This document shows positions 30,098 to 42,960 of a DNA stretch of 64,000 nt, one piece after another. Source of the DNA: the human T2T-CHM13v2.0 reference genome, Homo sapiens; NCBI RefSeq assembly GCF_009914755.1, contig NC_060926.1; one strand, written 5' to 3'. Each line of letters begins with the position of its first letter. Position 1 is the first letter of the stretch. Both the position numbers and the translations under genes were made by a program. The notes under the pieces were generated by a model. The model made no database searches, was not told where the DNA came from, and saw nothing but the letters and a program-made list of their open reading frames with translations.

Positions 30098-30414
30098 TAG
30101 TATGCCTTGATTATCAGTGGAAATACATTCTGAGAAATATATTGTTAGGTGATTTTTGTCATTGTGTGAACATCATAGAGTGACTTACAAAAACCTAGAT
30201 AATATAACCTACTACACACCTAGGCTGTATGGTATAGCCTGTTGCTTCAAGGCTACAAACCTGTACAGTATGTTACTGTACTAAACACTATAGGCAATTT
30301 TAACACAATGGTAAGCACTTGTGTACCTAAAATTGCAATATTATAATCTTATGGGACCACAGTTGTATATGTGGACCATCATTGATGAAAGCATTGTTAT
30401 GTGGCACATGATTG
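30098..30414 (-). mobile_element. Tigger3a/MER7A-type DNA transposon
   Basis: ttctgagaaatatattgttaggtgattt...cctactacacacctaggct...ttataatcttatgggaccac...gttatgtggcacatgattg followed by TA. Confidence 0.85.
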
Positions 30415-31416
30415 TAAATAACAAAACCCTTTCTTTCAATGTCAAGGTATTTTCATGAATACGCTGTACATTGCAAATCTCAAATATTATATATTAACAT
30501 ATTCTTTTTACCCAGTAAATCAAAATTTTCCTCATGTTCATAATTACCTAATTCAAAATAGCTTGCAGATACTCACATTGCAACACAACTCTATGGAACA
30601 TATTTAGAGTTTCTAAGTGCATTTTTACAATTGTAATTATCCTCCAAAAAACCCACTAGAGAATAGCAACCATATTTTCTATAAATAATAGGCCATTATA
30701 TATTTTACACTTCTAAAAGTGATGCTGAGATTGTGTTTTTCTCATTCACAGACCTTGTTACATTCCTCCTAGTTCAACCCCCTTTTTACAAGTAGAATAT
30801 GAGTAATGAAAGTGATGTACATATTTTATCATAGTTGCACTGCAACAGCAGCTGTAGTGATATATCGAATAGTGTTAGCATAGCAGGGAATTGTATACTT
30901 CCTCTGTACACCACATGGCGGGTGGCAGTGTACAGTGTACAATGTTAAGAAATATTACCAGCGCACCATTATACAACAGCTCTTTCCACAGTTACTAGTA
31001 AATAGTAGATAGTTAACAATTTTTTGAGTAAATTGATGAATGGATGAATACAAAGTTATACAATAAATACTACAGGTACATGGTGAATGATTCTTAGAGA
31101 AGGTGAATGAGTCTTAGAGAGAAGCCAGAATTGGAACTGGGCTTGATGGACTAGTAAGACCATCAGGTAATTGAGATAAATTCTGATTTGGAAGGACAGA
31201 CAAGGAAAATGACCTGGATGCAGGCTTATGCAGAACCTAGGAAGGGAAGAGAGCACATGCCAGTTATAGTTATCACAAGAGGTAAGAGCAGTGAAGAATC
31301 AGCAAGACCATCTGTGCCACAGTATCATGGCCCTGGAATGCAAGTTTAGGTTGACAATGAAATCACTTTCTATAGATTTCTAAATAAATAAATAAGGACT
31401 CATATTTGGTTTAAGA

Positions 31417-31705
31417 CAGTACTGTCTAATAGAAAGATAATGTGAATCACATATATAATTTTACATTTTTAAATAGTCACATTAAAAATGTAAAAAAGGT
31501 AAAAGTAATTTATATATATAATTTAATCTAATATCTCTAACATGTTATTTCAGCATGTAATTGATATAAAATTATTAATGAGCTATTTCCTTTTTTTTCA
31601 AACTAAGTCTTCAAAATCCAGTGCATTTTTTTTACATGTTCAGCCCATCTTAATTTGGGCTGTGCACATTTCAAAGGCTACAGATTCGCTTGGATGGAAC
31701 AAGCA
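31417..31705 (+). mobile_element. MER33 (hAT-Charlie)
   Basis: cagtactgtctaatagaaagataatgtgaatcacatatataatttt...aaattattaatgag...actaagtcttcaaaatccagtg. Confidence 0.85.
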
Positions 31706-31811
31706 GCTCTCAGTTATGAACTGGTCTTAGGCACGTTTTGTTCTTCAGAACTCTCGTGGTGAGGTCTGATATCATGTTGGATAACTAATATTAACTATCC
31801 ATTCCTTGATA

Positions 31812-31992
31812 GGATTGCCTCTCAAAATGTAGCCAATGAACCCTCTGCATCAGAATCATATGAGACACTTAATAAAATAATCCTCTACAAAGGATGACAA
31901 AACCAGAACCTCTGGGTTGGGCAATAAAAATCAGCATTGTTTAACAAGCTAACCAGGTGTGTGTTATGTAAACTAATGATTGAAAACACAGC
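31812..31992 (+). mobile_element. MER5-type (hAT-Charlie)
   Basis: tgcatcagaatca...cagaacctctgggttgggc...aatcagcattgtttaacaagctaaccaggtg. Confidence 0.7.
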
Positions 31993-33783
31993 TCTTTTAA
32001 AATATTCTGTGCCAATAAGCAAATAACATAAAGACATATACTACATAAAACCATTAATATTTTAGGGTCAAATTGAATCTAATTATTCTTTACCTAGAGA
32101 TAAAGCATGTTGGAGAACAAAAATTATGGAATACATCATTTTCATAGTCTCAGAGGCTCAAATCCTTAATTTTTTATTGAAGTCCCACACTGTAATATAG
32201 TTTTTTAAAATGGTCTTTCTGCCTCTGGTAACATACAATCTTCACGAGCTTTAGGATTGATGTCTGGTATTCATATAATATATAGTATCTATCTATTAAA
32301 ATAGTGACTGACAAAATAGCAAGTGTTCAGCAAATACTTATAAATGAATGAAATATTTCCTTTAGCTCGTTAGTTAACCATGTGAACTGAAATTTCATTC
32401 ATTCACAAAACGAACATAATATGTATCTGAGAAGATTGTGTGAAATGAAAGTTGATTATATGTATGGGGTTTTAATTTGACACAGCGTTTCCCCATTGTT
32501 GTTCATTTTTCCTGTAGGGAGAAAAGTGAATTTATAACATCACAGCTGTTAATAACGTGTTCTAGTCCCTCTACCAAGGACATTTGTATTTAAAAGCAAA
32601 CATCAGAAGAGATCTTCTTTAATCCATAAGGGGTTGCTCTACGGTTGTTATTCTCCCTTGTGAAAATGGTGTGGGGAAGGGTGGGGGTCAAGGAAAATTT
32701 CCGGGAATTTTATAATACAGAGAGGAATCTAAGATTCTCCAACCCACCTAAACTTGGTTCAAACTAATAATTATGTAAGTAAGAAACACATATGTTTCTG
32801 CCAAAGGTTTTACCTATCAGTGGTCCCAGAAAGCATTTTCTTTCAGAATACAATGGTTGCAAAGTTACAGTTTCTGTTTGGATTTATTTATTGGTTTGAG
32901 CAACATTTATTTGGTTTTCATGGATATTCTGTTCCTGGCCTCTTCACTGATTAGATTCCTATTACAGAAAAATACATACAGGGAGCTGGCACCTAGGTAA
33001 TGATAAAAGCAGCAGGCTTCTCAAATGCAATATGGACTGTTTTTCCTTTGCACTTCTGTTTTGCTTAGCGATTATAATCCATTCATAGAGCATAATGCTT
33101 GTCTAACTCTGGCCCTAAGCAGCCGTGACTCCTTTTATGTAAGGAGAAAATCTTTGTTTTAGAGAGAAACAACAAGTCTTTAACTATGGGATACATTTCT
33201 TAGAAACAATAGAATTAAATTCAGATCAGTTCTCGGCAGAGTTTCAATTCTGAACAAAGCTTATCAGAAAGGGGCATATGGGGACAGCAAAGGCTTGTGA
33301 ATTTAATTGAATGGAGGTGAAAAGAACTCTGTTTCTGCAGAATTCTGATTTCTAAAAGACCCCAAATGAATTACTTCAGGGGAGTCCGAATTAAATCGAT
33401 CTTGGTTACCACTAAGCAAGAAAAATAAAATAATGAGAATATCTGGCAGCTGAGTGTAAGTTTTTCAAGTTTTACAGTTTCAAACGTGAGGTTAATGTTC
33501 TGAGAGAGATGCCTTAATTCAAGGAAGTGAAGGTAGCTGATGCAGTTCACTAGAGTCACTTAATAAACAATTTCATCCATCTACTAGTTCATTTTTGAGA
33601 CATCTATTTTATATTATTAGCATTTAAATGATATTTCTTATACACTGTTTTTCTTTGTGAAAAATTGACAAATTCAGGTATGTAAGATGCCAACCCAATA
33701 AAATTCCAATTCTTTGTTTCTGAAAGAATCTGTCTCCAATAAAATATTTGGTGCTATGATAAAAAATTTCAAACTATGGCAAC

Positions 33784-34076
33784 TTTTTTTTTTTTTTTTT
33801 TGACACAGAGACTGTTGCCAAGGCTGAAATGCAGTGGCATGAACTCAGCTTACTGCAACCTCCACTTCCTGGGTTAAACTGATTCTCCTGCCTCAGCCTC
33901 CCAAGTAGGTGGGACTACAGGTGCCTGCCAACACACCCAGCTAATTTTTGTATTTTAAGTAGAGACGGGATTTCACCATGTTGGCCAGGCTGGTCTCGAA
34001 CTCCTGACCTCAAGTGATCCACCTGCCTTAGCCTCCCAAGTGCTGGGATTGCAAACGTGAGCCACCGTGCCTGGTC
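33784..34076 (-). mobile_element. AluS (Sz/Sx-like), full length
   Basis: Poly-T, ggccaggctggtctcgaactcctgacctcaagtgatcc. Identical TSD caaactatggcaactttt at 33770 and 34078. Confidence 0.95.
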
Positions 34077-34182
34077 CCAAACTATGGCAACTTTTGTTTT
34101 CTGTTTGATAAACTCAGTATTGGTACTGAAATTAAATAACTAAATTTCACATGCTAACTTTTTGTTTAATAAAACAGGCTGT

Positions 34183-34204
34183 TTTGTTGTTGTTGTTGTT
34201 GTTG
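34183..34204 (+). repeat. (TTG)n short trinucleotide repeat
   Basis: Read directly from the sequence. Confidence 0.9.
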
Positions 34205-37200
34205 TAATCATTTTGATTATTTTGGTTAAGGAGAAGGAGTTGAATACGTGTGGTTAAAAGATGTGTCTCATCCACAGCTCTGACTCTTTTCCCCCTCCCA
34301 CTTGGGCCTGGTGATCAGCACAGTGTTCCTTTATTTACTCATGTATTATCAGTTTGGAATGACCACCCTGACGAGTGACAGCAAGACTCAGCCCCATCCA
34401 CGGACAGTTCCACACATGACATCTCTGTCATGCAGGACTCAGAAAGGACAAAAGCCATGCAGTTGCTGCTCTGGATTCTTATTCACCAGTGACCATCAGG
34501 GATGACTAAAGCCATCTAGTCACTTTTTTAATAGTCTGGATGCTTGGATGAAATTCCACTTCAGATGGCCCAATAGTACACATACTCACTTACACATTTA
34601 TGAGTGCACATGTGTACATGTAACCTTGAACACTTGCATGCTTAACCATCAAGATAGTGGGAGTAATCTTTTAAGCATACGCTAAGAATAATTCATGTTA
34701 ACATAAAAATAGGCCCAAGCACAGCAGTTTATTAGTTAGAGTGAGATTGAGTTCATACGTAATGTTAACAGTGGCTTTGGACACAATTTAAAGTTACATT
34801 TTGTTTTAAAAATCATACATTTATAATAAAAATATGTGAAATATGTGAGAGTGGTCATAAGTTTGGATGGTAGGGAAAATGACAAGATCTTTAGAGAAGA
34901 AACACATTTTTGTGTGCTAAAAATAACCAATGAGTATCAACACTGAAAAAAATATTTTTTAAAAAATATCAAAGGTTATTTATTGATTTGTCTTTTTTCC
35001 CCTAGTACTGTTTACTTTTGAGTTACAAAAAGAGGTACTTATATAGTTCCCTATGTCAGCTAAGGGGTGAAAAAGTCATGCCACATGGATTTCTGTTTAT
35101 TTATTTTTGTATTTTTTATTTCATTAGATTTTTTTCTCCAAAGTTTTCATGCTGTTACAAATATCCATCATGGACTATCCTGCCAGTGACGATGATGTGG
35201 TATTTGTTTTATACCCTCCCATTACTTTTTCTCAAAAAAATAGAAACTAAAGGATAGGAAAATAGCAGAGAATGACGTCTTCATCAAAACCACATCAATT
35301 ATTTATATGTTTAGGTATCACTGATTTTTTTTTCATTCTTCCATTTGTGTTCTCGTGTGACAAATATTTAATTTTCAATATAAGCACAGTACTATGTTAT
35401 GTTTGGGGAAGCATGTGAACTAAGAACCATTATTTATTGAGAATTTTATAGAACATCATACACATTTCCTGTCTACAAGAAGACAAGAATGGGCAAAATA
35501 ATCATTGTGTTATAGCATGCTATAAATTCAAGGTATGCTTCAAGTGTTTTTGAAGTATTCTCCTATTTATTCTTCAAGTACTGGAAATCTTCAAATATTG
35601 AAGTATCTGGGCGTCAAGTCCCCATTGTGCTTTGAAGCTAATGGAGCAGACAGACATGTCAAGGGGCAGTCCCCATGCAGCACGGTGAATGCCAGCACAG
35701 GCCTTGGTGCAGAGTGCTCTGGGGCCATGCTAGTGCTCTTACTCCAGCTTTGGGGGACAAACATTCTGATTGATTGGAGGAGTCTAGAGGGCATCACATA
35801 CTACCCTGGCTCTCTCCCTGCTCTCCTCCTGGTGCCAGTGTCCTGGCCAAACTCTCATGATGTGAAGTCTACCCCTACACAGGCCATATCCCTAAGTTCC
35901 ACATGGATCCTTTTCCCTTTCTCACATCTGAGCAGCAGAAAAGCTCAACCCTCAGTCACTGACAGAAAACATCTGCTAAATGGACCCATTCTGAGAACTG
36001 AATATCTTAGAATAACCTAATATGATGTCCGTTTTTACTACATTTGTACTGAAATTGAAAACGAATCCAGCTCTTCCCTTAGGTGTGGCTGAACGATGTC
36101 CCATTGGTGCAGATGGAGCCTCAGTCAAGGAGTACGGAAACTGTCCTTTAATATCCAACTTCAGCTAGTTTCTTTAAAGGAAGGATAGAAGACATTGAGG
36201 AAATGAATGCAAGAGGGAAAGAGGTTAGCTTATTTCTGCCTAAGCATTTACATTTGGGGAAAGCAGTCAGACTGCAGTGGTGATCTCTAATAACTGCAGA
36301 GTATGCCTGGGCAAAGGAAGCAGCAAGCGTTTGCCTCTGAAAGCAGGGGCAGTGGGCAACCGCAGCCCACACAGAAGCGTCTTTATTTCACAGAAGGCCA
36401 CTAATAAACTACTAAAACAGAAGCCCATTTGATGGAGAAAGAGAGAATGTGTCAGGGGGGCAGGAAAAAAATCCTACAAAGAATTCAAACTGAAATTTAG
36501 TAATAGAGAGCTAATGTACTCAAAAAATAAGCTCGCTGCTAACAGTAAAGACACTGCCAAGAAATAGATGGGAATTAGTGCCAGGTTAACACATAAATCA
36601 GAATTTTGCAATTATGCAAATGAGAAAGCCAAAGACTTTATTTCATTTCCATCTGATTCCAGAATAAAGGCCCTAATTTTGATGAATATATAAAAAGATT
36701 TTAAGAAAGCGAGATGATGAATTGTGGCAAACTAAAGATATCAATCTCACTCTGGAAAGGAAGATGATTGAATTTTTTTTATCTGTATAGCATATATATT
36801 TAAAACATATATATGAATACATATATTGCTATAATTATGCTTGGTATTATAATTTATACATATTCAAGGGAAACCTTCTTCTTCTATAGTACTTCATACT
36901 CTTGATGACATTTTTATACAGATCCTAAGGGCATATGAGGCAGATATAATTGTCTCCATTTTTAAGTGATTATTAGTTTAATATGGTAGTTAATTTAAAC
37001 AAAGACTTTTTATTTATAAAAGTGCAGTTAATCACTGTGAATTTATATTTCTGGAAAGGTAATATTATAAACTACTTTGAAAGGCATGGTTGGGTCAGAG
37101 AGGATAAGAAGTGAAAGTCACTCAGGATTGGTATTAGCTCTATAAGGCATAGTTTCTTAGGACTGATACCGACCAGCAGGGGCATATATTTGGGCTGTAG

Positions 37201-38009
37201 GGAAAACCACTTCAAAAATGCGTAATACCAGGCAGATAAGCTGTGCCTATCATTCAGGATTACATATCATATGACAAGGTAGAATATTTCATTCCAAATA
37301 GTCCAGCTTTTCCCTTAAGAGCTAAGGATTAAGAGCCATATATCCTAGTTGTTGGCATATGGACAGGCAGATGGATGGACTTAAGAATTTTGGAAGGCAC
37401 ACCAAGTTGATGCCAAATATGTTGAAAATTACATAAAACAGAGACCAAATAACACAAAGCAAGTGTTTGAAAGCATAAAATACTTTTGAAAAGGAAGATA
37501 TAAGAGTGTATTTTTAGAACAACTAAAATACTAAACTACGAGAAGGCATTCATTTGGTACAATGAAGACACACTGAGCAGAAAGGTGAATCAGTTGAGTA
37601 AGCATTAAGTCCAAGGAATGTTACATCAGGTGCTATGAGAAAGTTTAGGTACAAGCACAACCTTTGTTGACAGCCCATAAAAATGCACCCTGGTACCACA
37701 GGGTGAATTCTGATCAGAATTAATGCTTCATCTGAGTTTTTCATTATAATGTTTGTCTTTAGATTTTGCTTTTGTAGTGAGAGAATGCAAAACTACTCTC
37801 TGCAGTTTCTAAAACAGAACCCAATATTTTTAAATGGACAACTGCACCTTTCCATTTAGATTATATGGATTAGGATACAGCAGAAGCATGCCAGTTTTTT
37901 CAAAAACCATAGGAAATTTTGTGGGACTCAGTTAGTACCAATAAAGTAAGTATAAAGACTTAAGACCACAAGTCATCTAGTAATTTAATTTGCAGGACTC
38001 GCTATTAGG

Positions 38010-38925
38010 ACCTCTTCTCTCTCAGTGCTTCTTGCTTGGTGATTTTCTCTAGTGTCTTGGTTTTAAACATCCTCCATATGTTGCTGACTTCTGATGTCTA
38101 TGTATCTATCTATCTATATCTAGTTCAGGCCTTTTCCCTGAACTCCAAATGCAATGACTGCTATAGCCTTGACATTTCCACTTGCATTTCAAGTGTGCAT
38201 CTAAAAACTTGACATACACAAAACCAGATTCTTGATTGTTCTTTCCCCTCTTCATTGAAAGCAATTCTATTCTTCTTGCTGCTCAGGTAGTCATCATACA
38301 GTTACTATAGACTCATTTATTCCTATACCTTATACATCATCAGCAAATCCTATTAACTCTATTTTCCAAATAATTTCCAAGAATGACTACTAACCATCCT
38401 GGCTCAAAATATCATCTCTCAGTCAAACTATTATAATAAGCTCTGGAATAACAATAGCCTCCTAAATGTACACCTTAATCCTTAGCACCCTTCCATCTAT
38501 TCTTCACAAAGCCCAGATGACTTATTGATTATGTCACTCATCTTCTCACACCCTTCCCCACTTGACTGGTTGGCCATTACCTTCTTAATGCCTCACATGG
38601 TCTGCCCTCTTGCAACCTCTCTGATCCTCTCTCCTCCACTTTAGCCATGTGGTCTCCTTGTTGATCCTCAAACAAACCCATTATGATATTGTCTCAAATC
38701 ATTTGCCCTTGATGTTCTTTGCCTGGAAATCCACTTGATAGCTTCTCTAACTTTTTGGAGGTCTCTGTTCAAATGCTAGCTTATTACAGTGATCTGTGCT
38801 GACTGCTTTAGATATATAACACACATTCACCATCACCAGCAGCAGGATTCTCTAGCTCCTTCATCCTGATTTATTTTTCTCAATGATGCTTTTTGCCACC
38901 AGGTATGTTTTACAGATGTACACAC
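38010..38925 (+). mobile_element. L2, interrupted by MER82 and continuing ~39575-39680
   Basis: ccctgaactccaaa...ttgacatttccacttg...catcagcaaatcctattaactctattttccaaa...aatagcctcctaaatg. Confidence 0.8.
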
Positions 38926-38930
38926 ATATA

Positions 38931-39571
38931 CAGTTTATCTAATTATGTGTAAATTCTGTATTTACAACTTTGCCTACTCACTGAAGTGCACTTGTAACCC
39001 CAAATCTAATCTTTGTGGTGCTTTTATGATCATTCATAAGCCTGCATAGAGCTGTGAAAAATTTGCGTCACCTTCGGGGCACCAGCTGAGAGTCTAGGAA
39101 GGCAACTCTCTGTCTTCTTATTTCAGCTCTCACATTTAAACCAGTGTCCTCTTTGCAGTCTATTGTATACCACCTTTTTACATTTTTGTGCTTTATGTTG
39201 GTGATTTTGTTATTTGAAATGGCCCCTAAGTGTAGTGCTGAAGTGTGGTCTAGTGTTGCTCAGTGAGAGAAGACTGCAATGTACCTGACGGAGAAAATAT
39301 GTGTGTTAGGTGATCTTCCTTCAGAAATAAGTTATAGTGCCAACAGGCTGTAAGTTCAAAGTTAGTGAATCAACAACATATAATAAAGAAAATATCTCTA
39401 AACAGAAACACATGGAAAGAAATTACATACTGATTGATTGACAAAAATGTTGTTACCAGAGGCTCACAGGAACGTACCCTGTATTTACACTGGGACCAAT
39501 GGGATAGGATGTGCTAATTCAGTGTTCATGGACACTTATAGAACATAACTACCATGAATCAGATTCAACTG
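38931..39571 (+). mobile_element. MER82 (TcMar-Tigger), essentially full length
   Basis: TA|cagt...ttgcctactcactgaa...atggcccctaagtgtagtgctgaagtg (decayed transposase N-terminus MAPKCSAEV)...ttatagaacataactacc...caactg; about 640 bp. Confidence 0.8.
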
Positions 39572-42559
39572 TGTGTGTTCTTTTTTTTTTTCATCATTAT
39601 AGTCCTCCCTAAAATGAAGGGGATTCTGTAAGAGCAGGGCTTTGTCTATACCAAGAATGTAGCAGATGCCCAGTAGTAATCCTACATTATTATATCAATT
39701 GACCTTCTCAAAAATTCAATGTTGTAGGGGCTACTGCGTGCATTCTACATTAAAGAAGCATATATCTAGCAGTTCAACACCTGCTCAAGATCAAACAATG
39801 GTAATTGTCAGTGCTAAGGTGTGAAACCAGGTACTGGTTTGATTTCCTAACCATTCCAGTACTGTTGAAGGTGAAGTTGGTAGATAAGCTATATGGCTGG
39901 TGAATGAATGAATTAAACAAGTCAATATCAGGTATATATAATTCTAAGCTGAATTAATCATCTTTTGCTCACAGCAATCTCATATCACTTGTTATTAAAC
40001 CAATTGTGATATAAGGATCTATTATTACTTCTAAATTAAAATGCTAAATAGATACATACAAAAATTAAACCTGGAAGCAGCCTAGAGTAGATTGAAGATC
40101 AAGGAACTAGAGTCAGAAAATATAAAATTTATTCCTATCACAGGCTACTTTTTTCTGCAGTTTAGGGGACATTATTATACATATAAACATTATCTTCCCT
40201 GCCCGTCTTCCTGGATTGTCTGAGTAATCAAGGAGGATACTGAATATAAAAGCAATTTGTAAAGGGCTAAATGTTACAATATATTGTTGAAATGATGAAT
40301 AATCGTTATGCAATCTTAATCATTTTTCTAATATTTAAAACAAATGTTTATCAAGAAAATCATAAGGAGGCAGTTTTAGGATAAATAAGCTCATTTTTAT
40401 AACAAGAAACCATGTGAAATCAAAGACATACACACAAATTAATATCACTCAGGCACAAGAGTTTTGCTTTTCCTTCAGGCTAATGGGATTGATTTTATGC
40501 ACAGTGCTCACCTGATAGCTCTATTAGCCTTTTTTTCCCCCTTTCTAGAAATGAGCGGGGCTGGTGCACAAGTAAAATCAAATAAAGAAAGGACCATTGA
40601 CCCAGTTGCAGCTTGACAACTGTGACACAGAACACCTTCTACTCACAGACCTTGAGCTTTAGTTTTTGCCTCATGAGGCCTTCTGAGCTGTCACATTGAC
40701 TTAATTGTTTCTTTGGGGAGTAAGAAGTGATAGTTGACCATGATTTGTGTTGATTTTCAATAAAGTTACTGCCAGGGGTATTTAAGCCAAAACATCTGCC
40801 TGACAGCTTCATTGGTACCAGTGTATGTAACACTAATAAAGAAATGAAGAAGAGATTTCCTTCCATTGTGCATTTTCTCCATTTTCTTTGGCAGGTGGAA
40901 TTCTAAGCTCTGCAACAGTCAAGCCAAGCCCGCTTGTACATCATTCTTACGAATAACCATTTGCTCAATTAGTCCTGGCAATTTAGCACGTGTTCTTTGT
41001 CACTTTACTTACTTAGAATGTGAGCCGGGTGGATGTGAGCTTTGTTCTTGTTTTAATATAGTCCCATATTGGTTATTACACTAAAACAGAAATATGAGTT
41101 TTTGTTATTTCTGGGTCAGAGGTAAAGAAAAATTCAATCATGAGATTCAAAAAATTTATGTGCTTTTCTTCTATTTTCGGAAAAAAGAAATCAAAAGAAA
41201 ATTACTTTAAAAGTTAACATGTGTGGAGGGATAGTCCAACACAAAGAAAAGAAATGAGGGAGGGAAGATGAGAGAGAGAAAGCACAAAAGAGGAGGATAA
41301 TGGCTGATAGAAAAAAACAAAAGACATTCAGTAGATTTTGAGGCGTCTGTCTGGGGCTGTCACTATTTATATAGGTGATTTTTTTAGTAGTCCATTTTTT
41401 TTTCCTTTGTTGACTTAGACATTTATATGGCTTTCTGACTAAGCCCAACTGCCAATTCTCAGATTATTTGTTGTATACAAAATAGCCACAGAAACCTATT
41501 TCAGTGGAAACTTCTATAGAGGTGGTTACAGCAATGTCAAGAGTAAGGTTGGAATAGAATCAATATAATAGATTAAAGACCAAAACTTGTATAAATTAAA
41601 TTAAGATAATAGATTGGTCAAAATTCAAATAAGTGTTATAGGAACTCTGGTACCAAATTGTTAAAAGAAAATTATAAATCTTTCATTGATTTTTAGATTT
41701 CTTCTTTGTACTTTATAATCAACCTATATTTGAATGCTTTAAATCCAATATGTTTTGATTGAGGATCAAAATTAGTTGTTTGCAGCAGATGCAGCAGTGA
41801 TTACCTTTGATTCAATTATGTTGGATGTGGGATCAGTGATTCTTTCATATTGTGCTCATTACAAATAATAAAGGGTAAATATGATGAAATGTTCAAATGA
41901 CACATGCCTTCGTAATATGAATATATTTAATATTTTTACAACTTAGTTGTCGACTGCCAGGCAGCATCACAGCATGATAATATACAATTTTGCTCATCTA
42001 GAAGATATCCACATGTCCAAACTCCACTTCGTGAAGCAAGTTTAAAGTGGGAGAAAGAAGGAAGTGAGTATATTGTAGACAACTGACTTTTTGAAAATCA
42101 GACAAACAGATATCAAGAAAAATTTGTGACCAGGATAGAAAATGTATGTTGAGGGGAAATGTTTCTCTCCAAAACATGTTAAAGATGAGAAAATTGTTTT
42201 TTGACTAATATACAAAGTGTGTTTTGCAGCTGTAGCAACTCCAATTCACACCTATAAAGAAGCACAGGTGGTACTGTTTTTGCAACTCAGTTCATTCATA
42301 TGCAACCAATTTAATGCTCATGATAAATTTAAATTTTAAGTTTAGGGGCGTATTTTTCCTTTTGGGAAAAGCACTTCAAACTTTCAACCTTGTACAGATA
42401 GATAGCCAGCATTATTTTTATAACTCGTTTTATATTGCTAGATATCACATTACTATCATAACAAATCATGGCTAAAATACTTTTTACAAATATGTCATCT
42501 ATTTTAAATAAGCACATAGTGTTTTATTTAAGTAATATATAGTGATCTCAAATAAAATT

Positions 42560-42960
42560 TGTTTTCTCTACAGAATTTCTTCTACAGATAAGGCACATGT
42601 AAAGGTCTATTATTCCTTTCAGTGAATTACTCAGATACACTTTTTAGATTAAATAATATACATATTTTAAAGTGTTTTATATTTCTATATTGTCTTCTAC
42701 AAAGATTGACATGTTCCCTCACTAATACATAAAAATTCCCATTGTCCTATTTCCTTACCAATACTAGATTAATAAATAGTTACTAATCTGGCAAAAAAAG
42801 AAGGTAATTAGTTTTTGGTGTAATTAGTATATACTTCACATGCTTTTCATTTATGTGTGAATTTAGGCACTTCTTTATATATTGTCAATTTATATTTCTT
42901 TTTTCCCTCAGATTGCCTGTTTACATTCTATGCCTATTTTTATTTAAGATATATGACATT
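42560..42960 (-). mobile_element. Old L1 (L1ME-like) 3' fragment
   Basis: aaattcccattgtcctatttccttaccaatactag...gattgcctgtttacattctatgcctatttt. Confidence 0.6.

Noticed and set aside
35535-36020. 161-aa ORF, the longest outside the LTR
   Set aside because: No recognisable domain or exon structure; its middle resembles a decayed antisense L2 3' region
37169-37186. CTCF-like CCAGCAGGGGCA
   Set aside because: One G short of the CCAGCAGGGGGC core spacing; not supportable without ChIP data
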